Sequence record: PP601403.1
Reading direction: 5' to 3' (one strand)
DNA length: 64,000 nt
The position numbers were made by a program, and so were the translations under genes. Below the pieces are notes generated by a model, which worked only from the letters and a program-made list of their open reading frames with translations, searched no databases and was not told the DNA's origin. Shown here piece by piece: positions 49,293 through 59,272 of this stretch (positions are counted from its first letter, which is position 1; every line of letters begins with the position of its first letter).

Positions 49293-49550
49293 ATTTCAGC
49301 TTGCCGCTTTTAGTAGTAATACTAATCGAATAAGTGCGGAATGAAGCAAGGAACCTCTCCATTTAGAGATAACTTGAACCGAAGGCTTATTGTAAATAGT
49401 AAGTCAGGGGCAGAGCGTAGATAGTGAACCTCTTTCATTAAAGAGAATATAATCTATCCAAGAGGCCGCACCATCCTACTGGGATGAAAACGTACGCCGA
49501 TACCCGGAGTGATCTGGGAGTGAAGATAAAAAGCTTCACATTAACATTTG
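49293..49550 (+). mobile_element. Group I self-splicing intron, 258 nt, no internal ORF
   Basis: Exon ends in U and intron ends in G. P2 tagta-GTAA-tacta; P3 GTGCGG(49334-39)/CCGCAC(49466-71); P4 CAAG/CTTG; P7 G(A)GCGTA(49413-19)/TACGCC(49493-98); P8 catcc/ggatg; P9 cccgga-GTGA-tctggg. Splicing restores DFDGD. Confidence 0.9.
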
Positions 49551-49718
49551 GACCAACTATCCGCCAACAGTATTCAAGCTAAAGATTCAGTAGATGAAAT
49601 TGAAACTTTGTTTGGTAAACGTATATTCTATATTTCTGGAGCAGGTGACTTTCTATATGACCCTGTACAGGAACCACACGCATTCCTTTTACGTTCATTG
49701 ACCAATGGATTATCGTAA
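49551..49718 (+). CDS. rpoC: Virion RNA polymerase beta-prime subunit, exon 2 (55 aa, not in ORF track)
   Basis: DQLSANSIQAKDSVDEIETLFGKRIFYISGAGDFLYDPVQEPHAFLLRSLTNGLS*; spliced product is 539 aa; the stop overlaps the beta ATG (TAATG). Confidence 0.85.
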   Translation, partial: DQLSANSIQAKDSVDEIETLFGKRIFYISGAGDFLYDPVQEPHAFLLRSLTNGLS

Positions 49719-52700
49719 TGCAAGAACATCCAGTAAACTTTGACGAACTTAGCGGACTAGAGGGTTTGTTGTACTCTCAGTTCATTAAACTACACGGCAC
49801 GCGAGAACGTGCTAATGATGTAGTGAACCCACGATATCAAGTAGTCGGGGATATCATGTTACCTCGTAACAGTCTCATTCATTACCAGGGAAATATTCCT
49901 GGTGAATTGGGACCTAGTAACACCGCTGCTTTTATTAGCAACTACGACAAACGTATTAACATCTTTTTTAATGTTAATTACGAAACACCTCTGGGAACTA
50001 CCAAGATTGTTCCTATTCAGTTGACTAAGTTGATCAAGCAATATGAAGGCGGACATTACCTTTATACTCGTGCTCGTCAATACCAAACTGTAATTCACAA
50101 AGAAGGTGAATTGCTAGTTAACAACTTAGCTATTGGTAAGATCCCTGTTCAGTATCGTAGACAAACTGTTTTCACTCCATTCCAACGTTCTTATAATGAA
50201 CTCTATACATTAATGGAGTCAGTGAATGAGTTTAGCCAATACGATATTCATCAGTTTGTGGAGTTTAAACTTCCTCGGTCGTTCCCCTCTTATAAAACGT
50301 TAGAACTTAAATTTGAAAAGTATAAACGTTTCTTTAATAATGAAGGTGTTATTGAGAAGTATGAGAAGGAAGCTTTAAAAGAGTTCCAAGCTGAAGAATC
50401 TTTCTGGTTATTAGATCTATTTGGTATTCTGATTGGTTTTGAGAATAAACAATACAGTTTGTTTAATAGATTGAATGATCGAGCTAGAAGTCAACTGGAA
50501 TTGATCTTTACTTATAACGGGGTGTGTTGGATTGCTAATCTTCAAACACTAATCAATTTGATTGGGTACGATGATAAACCAGAAGACACTTCTCCCCGTC
50601 CTATTAAGTTTAACTACTTCAAGCGTTTCTACCTTGCTTTGATTTCTCTGGTGAGTCCGCTTTCTGAAGAAGTTGTGGAAGAGAGTTATGAGCAACCAGA
50701 AGAAACCACCAAAGAAAAGGTGGTGGCAGATCGATCGGAAAAAGGAGGGAGAGGATCTGGACGAGAGTCTGAAGAAAAGTCCCCTCTGGTACCTAATACT
50801 ACTCCTGGTGGCTTGGCTGATCTTTATGCCAGCAGTAAGGGAACTACTCCTGCGGTGTCTGATACCTCAGGAACAAAAGGAGAGAAGGTTACTGAAGGAA
50901 CACTTCCTGGGAGTTCCGAATCCGAGAACAACTCAGTTCCTACTGAAACCTCTGAGAAATCCCCGGAAGAAGAATGGGGTGCTGACATAGATGATAGTGT
51001 CTTTGAACGCGCCAGCATCGAACAAGCCACTATTGTTAACTCTGAAGAAGCTTATTCGCCAGTTAGTACGATCAATCGTATTCTGGAACGTAAAGCAGCA
51101 AGAGGTCAATTAACAACCAAAGAGAAAGAGTATTACACAAACGCAAGTGTCTCTTATAAAGACATTGAGTTTGGTGGTCATTTACTCTCAGAGATTGTTG
51201 ATATCAAACCTGAAGACTTGGTGATGAAACCTAAAACGTTTGCACCTAAGTCAGAAGCTGTTACAGATGAGTCTGTATTGCGTTCTAGAAGCATGGAACT
51301 TACTAAGGGATATGTAGAGCAGTTCCTTGAACGAGATATCATGGGGTCTATTCTAGCTGTTCAGAACGGCGGTACTGCTTTACTTGATCTGAATCGTGAA
51401 ACCATTATCACCGCTGATTCCAAGTACGATGTTTACAAGATGAAACTCCAACCTGTGGATAATGGTAACCAGTCTACCAGACAGTTCCGTTTACCTAAGG
51501 TGGCTTCTGACGGTAGTTTTACTATTAACGGGGTTAAGTCATATGCTCAGTTAGTACGTATGGATCTTCCGGTTAGAAAGATCAATCCAGTTAAGGTTGC
51601 TATTAGTTCTTATTACGATAAGAAACTGATGATCGAACGTTCTGCTTATAAAGTAGACGATTACAATCATTGGCTTAAGACTAATATCATTCAGAAGAGT
51701 TATGAAGACAAATCTATTACAGTTAAATTAGGTTCATTTAAATCTGAACTTAAAGAAGTGTGTTGGTATTATTCAGTACTAGCTTCTCGCTTTAAAGAGA
51801 TTACTGTTGGTGGTTTGGAATTTAACTTTGATACTGAATCTATTTTGGTGAAACATCCTAAATGGAAGAAGTATTGTAAAGCTGATAGTTGGGTCATTGG
51901 TGATGAACACGGGGTTCCTGTACTAATCGATAATACTGGCTTGGTAATGATCGATGGTGTAGAGAAAGGTTACATTGAAGAGATCCTTCGGTTACCTATG
52001 GCTAAAGCTCCAGTCCCCACTGCAACTGCGAACATTAATGGTTATAAGTTCCCTGTAGTAGTAGTTCTTGCTTACTGGATTGGTTTTAGTGAACTAGTGA
52101 AACGTCTCAAACCCACTCATCGTGTTGTTGAGCCAGGTACTCGTCCTATGCTTAATGCTAACGAGTATATTGTTCAGTTTGCTGATGAACGTTTGATTCT
52201 TGATCGTCGAGATGGGCTGAGTACTCTGATATTCTCGGGACTGAGAAAGTTAGATGGGTTAGCCAACTTCTCCAAAGCTCAATTGGATGATCCTAACGTA
52301 TGGTTCAGTTTAATTAATGATAGTCGTGTTAAACCATCTCACTTTAAAGAGATGGATTTGATTTACGATATGTTCATTGATCCTATCACTGCTCGTGAAT
52401 TGGAACGTCGTGGTTATCCTCTCATTATGGATAAGTTGATTATCCGTGCCGTAGAGATGCTTCTTAATAACGAAGCAGAACACGAAGTAGAGATTGCTGA
52501 ACAGCGTTTGGTTGGATTCGAGAGATTCCCTGGTCACGTATATCGAGAACTGGTTAAGTCTACTAGACAGTTTAGGAACAAACCTAATACTGGTAAGAAG
52601 ACCTTTGACTTGAACCCAGAAGCTATCATGATGAATATCCTGACTGATAGCAGTATGCAGCCAGTTGAAGAAGTCAACCCGGCTCACCAGATCAAGCAAC

Positions 52701-54085
52701 AGGAAGAAGTTACCTTTGGTGGCACCTTTGGTCGAAGTGATCAAGCAATGGTACGCCGTACTCGTGGTCAATTACCAAGTTACGCAGGGATTATTTCTGA
52801 AGCTGGTAAGGACTCGGGTAAAGTAGGATTTATCTCTTATCTAACTTCTGATGCCAAGATTGTTGACTACGCTGGTAACGTGGATGTAACCCAAGAAACC
52901 ACCAATGCAGGTCGTGGATCAGTAACTGCTAACTTACTTTATGGTACAACGCGCGACGATTCGAAGCGAAGCTTGTTCTCAGGTGTTCAGCTAAGTCAAT
53001 GGATGGCTACTGATAGTTACGTTGCTAACCCTATTAGAACTCCTTCTGATAGCGTAGTAGCTTATCGTAACTCAGAACTATATTGCTCTTATGCTAAAGA
53101 CGCCGGAACAGTGGCTAATATTTCACCAGACGGGATGACTGTTAAGTATGACAATGGCAGTGAAGAGAAATTCCCACTTGGCTATGAAGTAGGTAAAGGT
53201 GCTGGTGAGTATCACAAACATCTTAAAATCACCGATATGAAAGTTGGTGATAAAGTTGATAAGGGTGATGTTCTTGCTTGGGATGATTGTTTCTACACTC
53301 GGGATTTAACTAATCCAAAACGGATTGTTATTAAGCTTGGGACAATGGCACGTATTGCATTGGTAGAAGATCAATTCACATTTGAAGACTCCATCGGTAT
53401 TACCCAGAAGTATGCCGATTTGAATACCACTCCTTACTTGAAAAACAATGTGTTTAATATCGGTTATGAACAAGCGATTAAACTCTATGTTAAGGTAGGC
53501 GACAAGGTTGAGTACGATCAAGTACTGGCTGATGTAATGGATCCTTCTTCTGCTATGTTCGAGGAGGAAGGTGTTAATTCCATTGCTGGTTTGGATCGTC
53601 TTGGCATTAAACAAATCAAGGCTAAACAAGCTGGTGTGATTACCAAGATCGATGTTATTTATAATGGCGATCTTGATACAGCTGAAGAGTCTTTGAAAGC
53701 GTTTATCCAAGAACAAGATAAACTACGTGCCAAGAAAGCTAAGTTCCGAGAACTCGCTGCTGATAATGGTAACGTAGGTGGTAACACCTCAGTAGGTAAA
53801 TCTAAGGTTTATCCTAACACTGCTTCTGTTACTATTACCATTGAGAGCAAACTCACTACCACCACTGCTGATAAGTTCGTAGCAGGTAACCAGATGAAAG
53901 GTACTGTAGGTTTCATTTATCCAGATCCTATCTATACTGTCGATGGTCGGGAAGTTGATGTTAAGTTCTCTTTGAAGTCTTTGCTTAACCGAATGGTATT
54001 GAGTCTTCGTGATAAACTGGTAGCTAATGAATTGAACCATGTTTACACTAGTCGTATGATGAAGAAATATGGGAGATATGAATAA
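49718..54085 (+). CDS. rpoB: Virion RNA polymerase beta subunit, large part (phiKZ gp178-like)
   Basis: DDSKRSLFSG..LSQ, FEDSIGI, ADKFVAGNQMKG, KSLLNRM parallel RpoB DDANRALMG, FEDS, GDKMAGRHGNKG, SRM. Confidence 0.9.
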   Translation: MQEHPVNFDELSGLEGLLYSQFIKLHGTRERANDVVNPRYQVVGDIMLPRNSLIHYQGNIPGELGPSNTAAFISNYDKRINIFFNVNYETPLGTTKIVPIQLTKLIKQYEGGHYLYTRARQYQTVIHKEGELLVNNLAIGKIPVQYRRQTVFTPFQRSYNELYTLMESVNEFSQYDIHQFVEFKLPRSFPSYKTLELKFEKYKRFFNNEGVIEKYEKEALKEFQAEESFWLLDLFGILIGFENKQYSLFNRLNDRARSQLELIFTYNGVCWIANLQTLINLIGYDDKPEDTSPRPIKFNYFKRFYLALISLVSPLSEEVVEESYEQPEETTKEKVVADRSEKGGRGSGRESEEKSPLVPNTTPGGLADLYASSKGTTPAVSDTSGTKGEKVTEGTLPGSSESENNSVPTETSEKSPEEEWGADIDDSVFERASIEQATIVNSEEAYSPVSTINRILERKAARGQLTTKEKEYYTNASVSYKDIEFGGHLLSEIVDIKPEDLVMKPKTFAPKSEAVTDESVLRSRSMELTKGYVEQFLERDIMGSILAVQNGGTALLDLNRETIITADSKYDVYKMKLQPVDNGNQSTRQFRLPKVASDGSFTINGVKSYAQLVRMDLPVRKINPVKVAISSYYDKKLMIERSAYKVDDYNHWLKTNIIQKSYEDKSITVKLGSFKSELKEVCWYYSVLASRFKEITVGGLEFNFDTESILVKHPKWKKYCKADSWVIGDEHGVPVLIDNTGLVMIDGVEKGYIEEILRLPMAKAPVPTATANINGYKFPVVVVLAYWIGFSELVKRLKPTHRVVEPGTRPMLNANEYIVQFADERLILDRRDGLSTLIFSGLRKLDGLANFSKAQLDDPNVWFSLINDSRVKPSHFKEMDLIYDMFIDPITARELERRGYPLIMDKLIIRAVEMLLNNEAEHEVEIAEQRLVGFERFPGHVYRELVKSTRQFRNKPNTGKKTFDLNPEAIMMNILTDSSMQPVEEVNPAHQIKQQEEVTFGGTFGRSDQAMVRRTRGQLPSYAGIISEAGKDSGKVGFISYLTSDAKIVDYAGNVDVTQETTNAGRGSVTANLLYGTTRDDSKRSLFSGVQLSQWMATDSYVANPIRTPSDSVVAYRNSELYCSYAKDAGTVANISPDGMTVKYDNGSEEKFPLGYEVGKGAGEYHKHLKITDMKVGDKVDKGDVLAWDDCFYTRDLTNPKRIVIKLGTMARIALVEDQFTFEDSIGITQKYADLNTTPYLKNNVFNIGYEQAIKLYVKVGDKVEYDQVLADVMDPSSAMFEEEGVNSIAGLDRLGIKQIKAKQAGVITKIDVIYNGDLDTAEESLKAFIQEQDKLRAKKAKFRELAADNGNVGGNTSVGKSKVYPNTASVTITIESKLTTTTADKFVAGNQMKGTVGFIYPDPIYTVDGREVDVKFSLKSLLNRMVLSLRDKLVANELNHVYTSRMMKKYGRYE

Positions 54086-54955
54086 ATGACTAACACTAAC
54101 AAAGAAGTGTTTGGGTTAAAAACCATTCAATCACTTTTTCGGGAAGTTGGTCTCTATGGAGGGCGCATTGACGCCCTCTTTGGGACTGGTTGTGTAGACG
54201 CCATGCATAGTGTTGTTAAACACGTTAATCCGAACTACAACCCGATTGTAGCTGTTCCTACTTACTTGGCTAGTGATGTATTTAAGTGGGTTCAAGAATA
54301 CCTTGTACGAGCTGGTAAGGTACCTGCTGAGTTTAAGGTAGATGGAAAGTGGGGACCTGCTAGTAAAGGTGAATTAGAGAAGCTTTGTAATATCTACGCT
54401 CAGGATAATAACCTTCCTCAATATAGTTACGCATGGACTAGCCACAAGAACTTAACTCCTGAAGTAATTAAGAAAGTTGAAGACTGGATGGTGAAGTGGG
54501 GTAAGCCATTAGATCATGTAAGTTATCTTTTTAGTTGTTTTGCTTTGGAGACTGGACGTACTTTTGATCCCGCTGCTTTGAACAAACATAGCAAAGCTCG
54601 GGGCCTCATTCAGTTTATGCCAAATGGTTCAATGAAGGATCTAGGTGTAACAGATAGTCAACTTAAAGTAATGACTGTATTTGAACAACTTGACTGGGTT
54701 TTCAAATACTTTGAAAAGTACAACTATATAAAGAAGTGTAACTGTCTTGAAGATTATTACCTTTCCATTTTCTATCCCGCCCACGTTGGTAAAGATCCTA
54801 ACTTGGTAGTAGGAACTAAAGGAACCAAACTCTATGAACAAAATTCCGGGTTTGATTCCGAGAAAAAAGGTTTCTACACCGTAGGTGATATTGCATCGGC
54901 GATTACAACTTTCTATTGGGAAGGTATGGATCCAAAACTTCGAATCACTAAATAA
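54086..54955 (+). CDS. Endolysin / lytic transglycosylase with N-terminal peptidoglycan-binding-like region
   Basis: IDALFG and VDGKWGP binding-repeat-like motifs; FALETGRTFDP...ARGLIQFMP SLT-like catalytic region. Confidence 0.78.
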   Translation: MTNTNKEVFGLKTIQSLFREVGLYGGRIDALFGTGCVDAMHSVVKHVNPNYNPIVAVPTYLASDVFKWVQEYLVRAGKVPAEFKVDGKWGPASKGELEKLCNIYAQDNNLPQYSYAWTSHKNLTPEVIKKVEDWMVKWGKPLDHVSYLFSCFALETGRTFDPAALNKHSKARGLIQFMPNGSMKDLGVTDSQLKVMTVFEQLDWVFKYFEKYNYIKKCNCLEDYYLSIFYPAHVGKDPNLVVGTKGTKLYEQNSGFDSEKKGFYTVGDIASAITTFYWEGMDPKLRITK

Positions 54956-54965
54956 AGGATCTATA

Positions 54966-55949
54966 ATGAAATTAGAACATTTTGAAAAACCGGAAATGTT
55001 GGTTTTAAGTTATTCAATGAATAAAGATTTGAAAACTTTGGAAAACATTCTTCCTGAATTAAAAACAAGTTGGGTTAATGGGTTCGAATCATTGCAAAAT
55101 GATAAGGTTAAAATCGAACAGGCTTGTTATTATATTAAGGAAACTTATGGTAAAGAAGTAGAACCTTCTATTGCCGGTTTAGAAGGTTTTGTGGATACTT
55201 TAAAAACTGGGATTGAAAAAATACGTCTTGGTTTGAAGTCTGACCAAAGTAAAAACAATGTCATTTTTAAGGGCAGTTTTAAAGAAATCGAAACGGCTGC
55301 AAATCTGTATAAATCACAGAGCTGGGTCTCCGATAAGACTTTCATTGATAAAGAAATTGTGATTTCCGTTCCAACTGAGTATGGGACCAATGTAACACCG
55401 GATGTTATTCTTAAATATGTTAAAAAGATTACCTCTTCCACCTTGCCTGAGTTAGAAAAATCTCGTAAGAATTTAGAGGCTAGACTTAAAAACGCTAACA
55501 CCGAGTTAGGGAAAGCGGTCAAAGCCTATAAACGCGGCGAGAACATGTATGAATACTCGAAAACAATTCCAGAAATTAAGCCGGAATTGTACCAAATACA
55601 AGATAAAATATTTGACTCGCTGATCCCGGTAGAAAGAACTAGCAAAGATATTAAACTTAAGACAATGAAACAAACTGATCTTTCAGTTGTTAATGAATGT
55701 TTTAAAGTTATCATTGAGGCTCTTAAGCACACTGGCCCCATCAACGACCTCTATTCTCTAACTATGGATATTACCGAGTTTGAGGAAGTTACATATGAAG
55801 ATTCTTGGGATGGTGCTCTTGAGTCTCTATTTGATGTAATAGATGCTCATACTCTTGATGACATTGGTATCTTTGAATGGAAAACATTTGAAGGACTTTT
55901 GCGGGCGGCAAAAACCTTAGAATCGTGGCTACTCAAATCTGTTAAATAA
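54966..55949 (+). CDS. Internal head protein paralog
   Basis: NGFESLQND and IAGLEGFVDTLK match 26615-27571; ATG at 54966 after AAGGA. Confidence 0.65.
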   Translation: MKLEHFEKPEMLVLSYSMNKDLKTLENILPELKTSWVNGFESLQNDKVKIEQACYYIKETYGKEVEPSIAGLEGFVDTLKTGIEKIRLGLKSDQSKNNVIFKGSFKEIETAANLYKSQSWVSDKTFIDKEIVISVPTEYGTNVTPDVILKYVKKITSSTLPELEKSRKNLEARLKNANTELGKAVKAYKRGENMYEYSKTIPEIKPELYQIQDKIFDSLIPVERTSKDIKLKTMKQTDLSVVNECFKVIIEALKHTGPINDLYSLTMDITEFEEVTYEDSWDGALESLFDVIDAHTLDDIGIFEWKTFEGLLRAAKTLESWLLKSVK

Positions 55950-55958
55950 GGTATTCTC

Positions 55959-56123
55959 ATGGAAAACACTGTCGACAACATCATTACGTTGTCTAATATG
56001 TACGAGGTCGTTTCACAGACCTTGAAGAAAGTAGGTTACGAGTTCCAAGCTCCCTTGAGTGAAGTTGAGGAACAAGAAGTAATCTCCCGTCAAATCAAAT
56101 CTGCTGTAGTGGGAGAAGAATAA
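55959..56123 (+). CDS. Small hypothetical protein (54 aa, not in ORF track)
   Basis: MENTVDNIITLSNMYEVVSQTLKKVGYEFQAPLSEVEEQEVISRQIKSAVVGEE; TAATG overlap with next gene. Confidence 0.55.
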   Translation: MENTVDNIITLSNMYEVVSQTLKKVGYEFQAPLSEVEEQEVISRQIKSAVVGEE

Positions 56124-57643
56124 TGATTCCTCAAAGCACTATTCTAGTTGTTACCCCTATTGCAATGGAAGCAGACCAGAAAGGTACTGTATTGTCAGAA
56201 GGTAGTTCTGATATCATCAAAGGTCTGAATGACACTACTGCTTCTTTGGGTGGATTTACTCCTGACAACATCGCGACTGAACTTCCTGATTACACCAAGT
56301 TGGTTCCTGAACATACCGAAGTAATGGATATGGTCTCCACTAAGCTTGCTGAGATCATTCGTAGTTCTCTGTACGTAATCAGTAAATACGTTAAACCTAT
56401 TTTGAAGGAAGCGGATAACGAAATTGCTCGTAATCTGAATGTTCAGAATGTAGTCGATCTCTCCTTTGATTACCTGAATGTCAAAATGGTTAACATGGAA
56501 CCGGATTTCCTTAACTCTCCGTTCTGTCCAACTGAACTTCCCAATACCTTGAAGGAAACTTCCAAAGTAGCACTTAATGAACTACTTAAAGGTAATTGGG
56601 CTGATGACAAAACTGGTGAAGAACTGATTGATCTGATCCGTGTTGATTCTGGTGTTCTTTATACTTTCTTTGAAAGTCCTGATGAAGTACTGGAAGTATA
56701 TCGCCGGATCTTTGTTAACAAAGCTTGGCATGACTTCTTTAGTAGCGCCGGTATTCAGAATGGTGTTGTAGATGTCATGCATCAGGATAGTTACCATATT
56801 GGTAAATTCCGTGCTATTGTTATTGCCAACTTGTTGGTAAATAAACTGTGTGCTATGGAAGATCCGATGGAAGGTGTAACTGGTGTTAGTCTGGTTGACT
56901 ATCGTGGTTCCCTTGCTATGACCCGCGACATCCTGTCTGGTTCACTAGTACGTTTCCGTAACATCTGGTTGGGTCAAGCTGCTAGCGGTATTGTTATCGT
57001 TGATGGTGACGTTAAGTACACAGAAGCTAACTGGGGTTTACTCAACGGCACTAAACTTCTTACTGGTAATGTTACTGTTGGTTACAATAACAAAGTCCTG
57101 GGTCTCTTTAGTGAAGCTTCCAGTTACAGTCTGTCTGAATACGTTCTTGGTTATCTGTATGCTAAAGAACGTGGGTATCGTGTTAAAGATATCATGACCG
57201 ACGCTAATGTAATTGAAGATGCATTGCGCGAATACCAGCAAGATCTCACCACTCGTCTTTATGACAACCTTCAGAAAGTCTCTAAGGAATCTTTCATTAC
57301 TGCGATTAAGCGTATGGAGATGCACGAGAACCTTGAAGGTGTTGTTAACACCATGGACGAGAGTGTTCCTAAAGGTGTCCGTATTATTAGCAAACTTCAA
57401 GAAGCGATGAACCTTAACGATTTCTTCGGTAATCCGATGATGATCGAGGATATCTGTAAGGGTAAACGTTCCCTGCTTCAAACTGGTATGGCTAAAGAGC
57501 TCTGTCTGGTATTTGGTTCAGAGATCGCAGCTGAAATCCTGTTGGAGAATGCTAAAGGTGAACCAGGTCCAGTAGAACATCAACGTAAAGTTCTCACTGG
57601 TGCGATTATCAAAGCGATTATCAAACGGATCTATACCAAGTGA
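56123..57643 (+). CDS. Conserved virion/head-assembly protein
   Basis: 506 aa; synteny between RNAP beta and prohead protease as in phiKZ-like phages. Confidence 0.6.
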   Translation: MIPQSTILVVTPIAMEADQKGTVLSEGSSDIIKGLNDTTASLGGFTPDNIATELPDYTKLVPEHTEVMDMVSTKLAEIIRSSLYVISKYVKPILKEADNEIARNLNVQNVVDLSFDYLNVKMVNMEPDFLNSPFCPTELPNTLKETSKVALNELLKGNWADDKTGEELIDLIRVDSGVLYTFFESPDEVLEVYRRIFVNKAWHDFFSSAGIQNGVVDVMHQDSYHIGKFRAIVIANLLVNKLCAMEDPMEGVTGVSLVDYRGSLAMTRDILSGSLVRFRNIWLGQAASGIVIVDGDVKYTEANWGLLNGTKLLTGNVTVGYNNKVLGLFSEASSYSLSEYVLGYLYAKERGYRVKDIMTDANVIEDALREYQQDLTTRLYDNLQKVSKESFITAIKRMEMHENLEGVVNTMDESVPKGVRIISKLQEAMNLNDFFGNPMMIEDICKGKRSLLQTGMAKELCLVFGSEIAAEILLENAKGEPGPVEHQRKVLTGAIIKAIIKRIYTK

Positions 57644-58386
57644 TCGAATTCGATAAGCTGAAGAAAGACACAGGGCGGATTAATTCCGCCCTTAAAGTCA
57701 TGCCTGATAATACGGTCGTTGCTCTTAAGAAGATGACGTGTTACATTCCTAAGCGTTTCGAACAATCTGGTTTGGCTGAAGTTGGTGATTCGGTAAATAC
57801 AATTATGGCAGTTGGGGTAGTGGTTGATGACTACTATTCTTGCTTTGGTTCTCTGACACGGTTTAGTATGAAGCCTGGTGATACTTCTGAGGAAGTTATT
57901 AAAGGTGAACGTTACTATGTCATGCATTTTGAACCGGGTGATATTGTTATTGAAAACATCTTTGTTCCGCAGGATGCTAACCTGATCTATTACTTCTATT
58001 TGGAATTCATCAAATACGCTCGTTATCCATGGTATATGGATGAAAGCGTACTATTGAATATCTTTGATGAAAGTTCTTATTTTGCAGGTAAGAAAGTAGG
58101 TAGTTCTGCTCAAGTGCTCAGAGTGTTGTTTTCGTTAACAATGCGAGATCCTGTCAACTTGGATATTCCGTTTCGTTATTCCCCACAGTTTAAAGATCTC
58201 TCCGTGAAACCTCGTATCATCGGTATTAACAACCCAGGTCAACTACTTAATAGTACATTTAGTAGATTGTCTTCGGGTTATATGTCTGATAACATTGTCA
58301 GTGGTATTCTTAACCCAGATACACAGATGACAACGTTGGAAGAGGTGATCCGTGGTCTTCCTGAAGAGTATGGAGAGTTACAATGA
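57640..58386 (+). CDS. Conserved virion/head-assembly protein
   Basis: 248 aa; overlaps both neighbours. Confidence 0.6.
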   Translation: MIEFDKLKKDTGRINSALKVMPDNTVVALKKMTCYIPKRFEQSGLAEVGDSVNTIMAVGVVVDDYYSCFGSLTRFSMKPGDTSEEVIKGERYYVMHFEPGDIVIENIFVPQDANLIYYFYLEFIKYARYPWYMDESVLLNIFDESSYFAGKKVGSSAQVLRVLFSLTMRDPVNLDIPFRYSPQFKDLSVKPRIIGINNPGQLLNSTFSRLSSGYMSDNIVSGILNPDTQMTTLEEVIRGLPEEYGELQ

Positions 58387-59237
58387 GTGAAATTAGCTTT
58401 GGGAATATCGTTCTAGCTAATAGTGGTAAGAAAGGTATTCTCAAACCAAACTCGGATGGTATTTACCGTTTGAATGCCGGTGGGTTCAATATTCCTAACC
58501 ACGCCGGTATTGTTTATCCTGCTAACAAATACATTCGTGAACAAATGGAAGCTAATAGCGATTTGAACCGTCGTGTTAGCATGGGTTATTGCTTGATGGA
58601 ACAAGAACATCCGCAACCTTTCTTTTATGTAGAGGAGAATGGTGTTCGTTATCGTAAAGCAATGACTTCTGTACTGGAATGGATTAATCGTCTTCGTAGT
58701 TATGATCACGATAATGTCTGTGGACTTATCAGTAAGATTATCTTCCGTCCTGAGAATCCTAACAATCTTTCAGCTCCTATTTGGAATGAGATCGACTGTA
58801 AACCATTTGGTGCTAAAGGTGAATGGTTCCGTGAATCTCTGGAAACTCCGCAGCACAACACTGCTGTAAGTATCCGTACGCAGATCTCCCCTTTCAAACC
58901 TGGTGAAACTCGCAAGGAAGTTGAGTTCTGGACGGGCTATGACGCAGTTAGCGAACCTGGGTTCTTACACGCTAATAAGCATCTCTCAGCTGGTTGCGAG
59001 TCCATGCTTTCTGACTTTAATCTGGGGATGGATAACGTCATTAAGTTCAAAGCCTCTGATGTTATTGAACAGATTGATAATCAACTTGCTCTTGCTGCTA
59101 ATAGTGACTTTGAACTCCAACGTGTAGGTGGTATGGAATCACTTAACATGATGAAGGACATGGTAGAAGCTGTTAAGCGCAGTTACAAGTCTGGTGACAC
59201 AACTCGTGTTGGTGTTTCCTTTAGCGACGTATTCTAA
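58383..59237 (+). CDS. Prohead protease (phiKZ gp175-like)
   Basis: EQEHPQP (His), NTAVSIR (Ser), YDAVSEPG; C-terminal AGCE and GGME putative autocleavage sites. Confidence 0.78.
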   Translation: MSEISFGNIVLANSGKKGILKPNSDGIYRLNAGGFNIPNHAGIVYPANKYIREQMEANSDLNRRVSMGYCLMEQEHPQPFFYVEENGVRYRKAMTSVLEWINRLRSYDHDNVCGLISKIIFRPENPNNLSAPIWNEIDCKPFGAKGEWFRESLETPQHNTAVSIRTQISPFKPGETRKEVEFWTGYDAVSEPGFLHANKHLSAGCESMLSDFNLGMDNVIKFKASDVIEQIDNQLALAANSDFELQRVGGMESLNMMKDMVEAVKRSYKSGDTTRVGVSFSDVF

Positions 59238-59240
59238 TAT

Positions 59241-59272
59241 AACCTACTTCTCCTTAATTGGAGAAGTAGGTT
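59241..59272. terminator. Terminator, CTACT family
   Basis: aacctacttctcc-ttaatt-ggagaagtaggtt. Confidence 0.75.

Noticed and set aside
49293-49313. C-terminus ISACRF* of the 490-aa ORF as the true protein end
   Set aside because: It is intron sequence read in frame; splicing restores DFDGD and a longer C-terminus
49718-54085. Intein or second intron in the RNAP beta gene
   Set aside because: Continuous ORF of the size expected for this subunit; no C/S...HN intein ends or LAGLIDADG motifs seen
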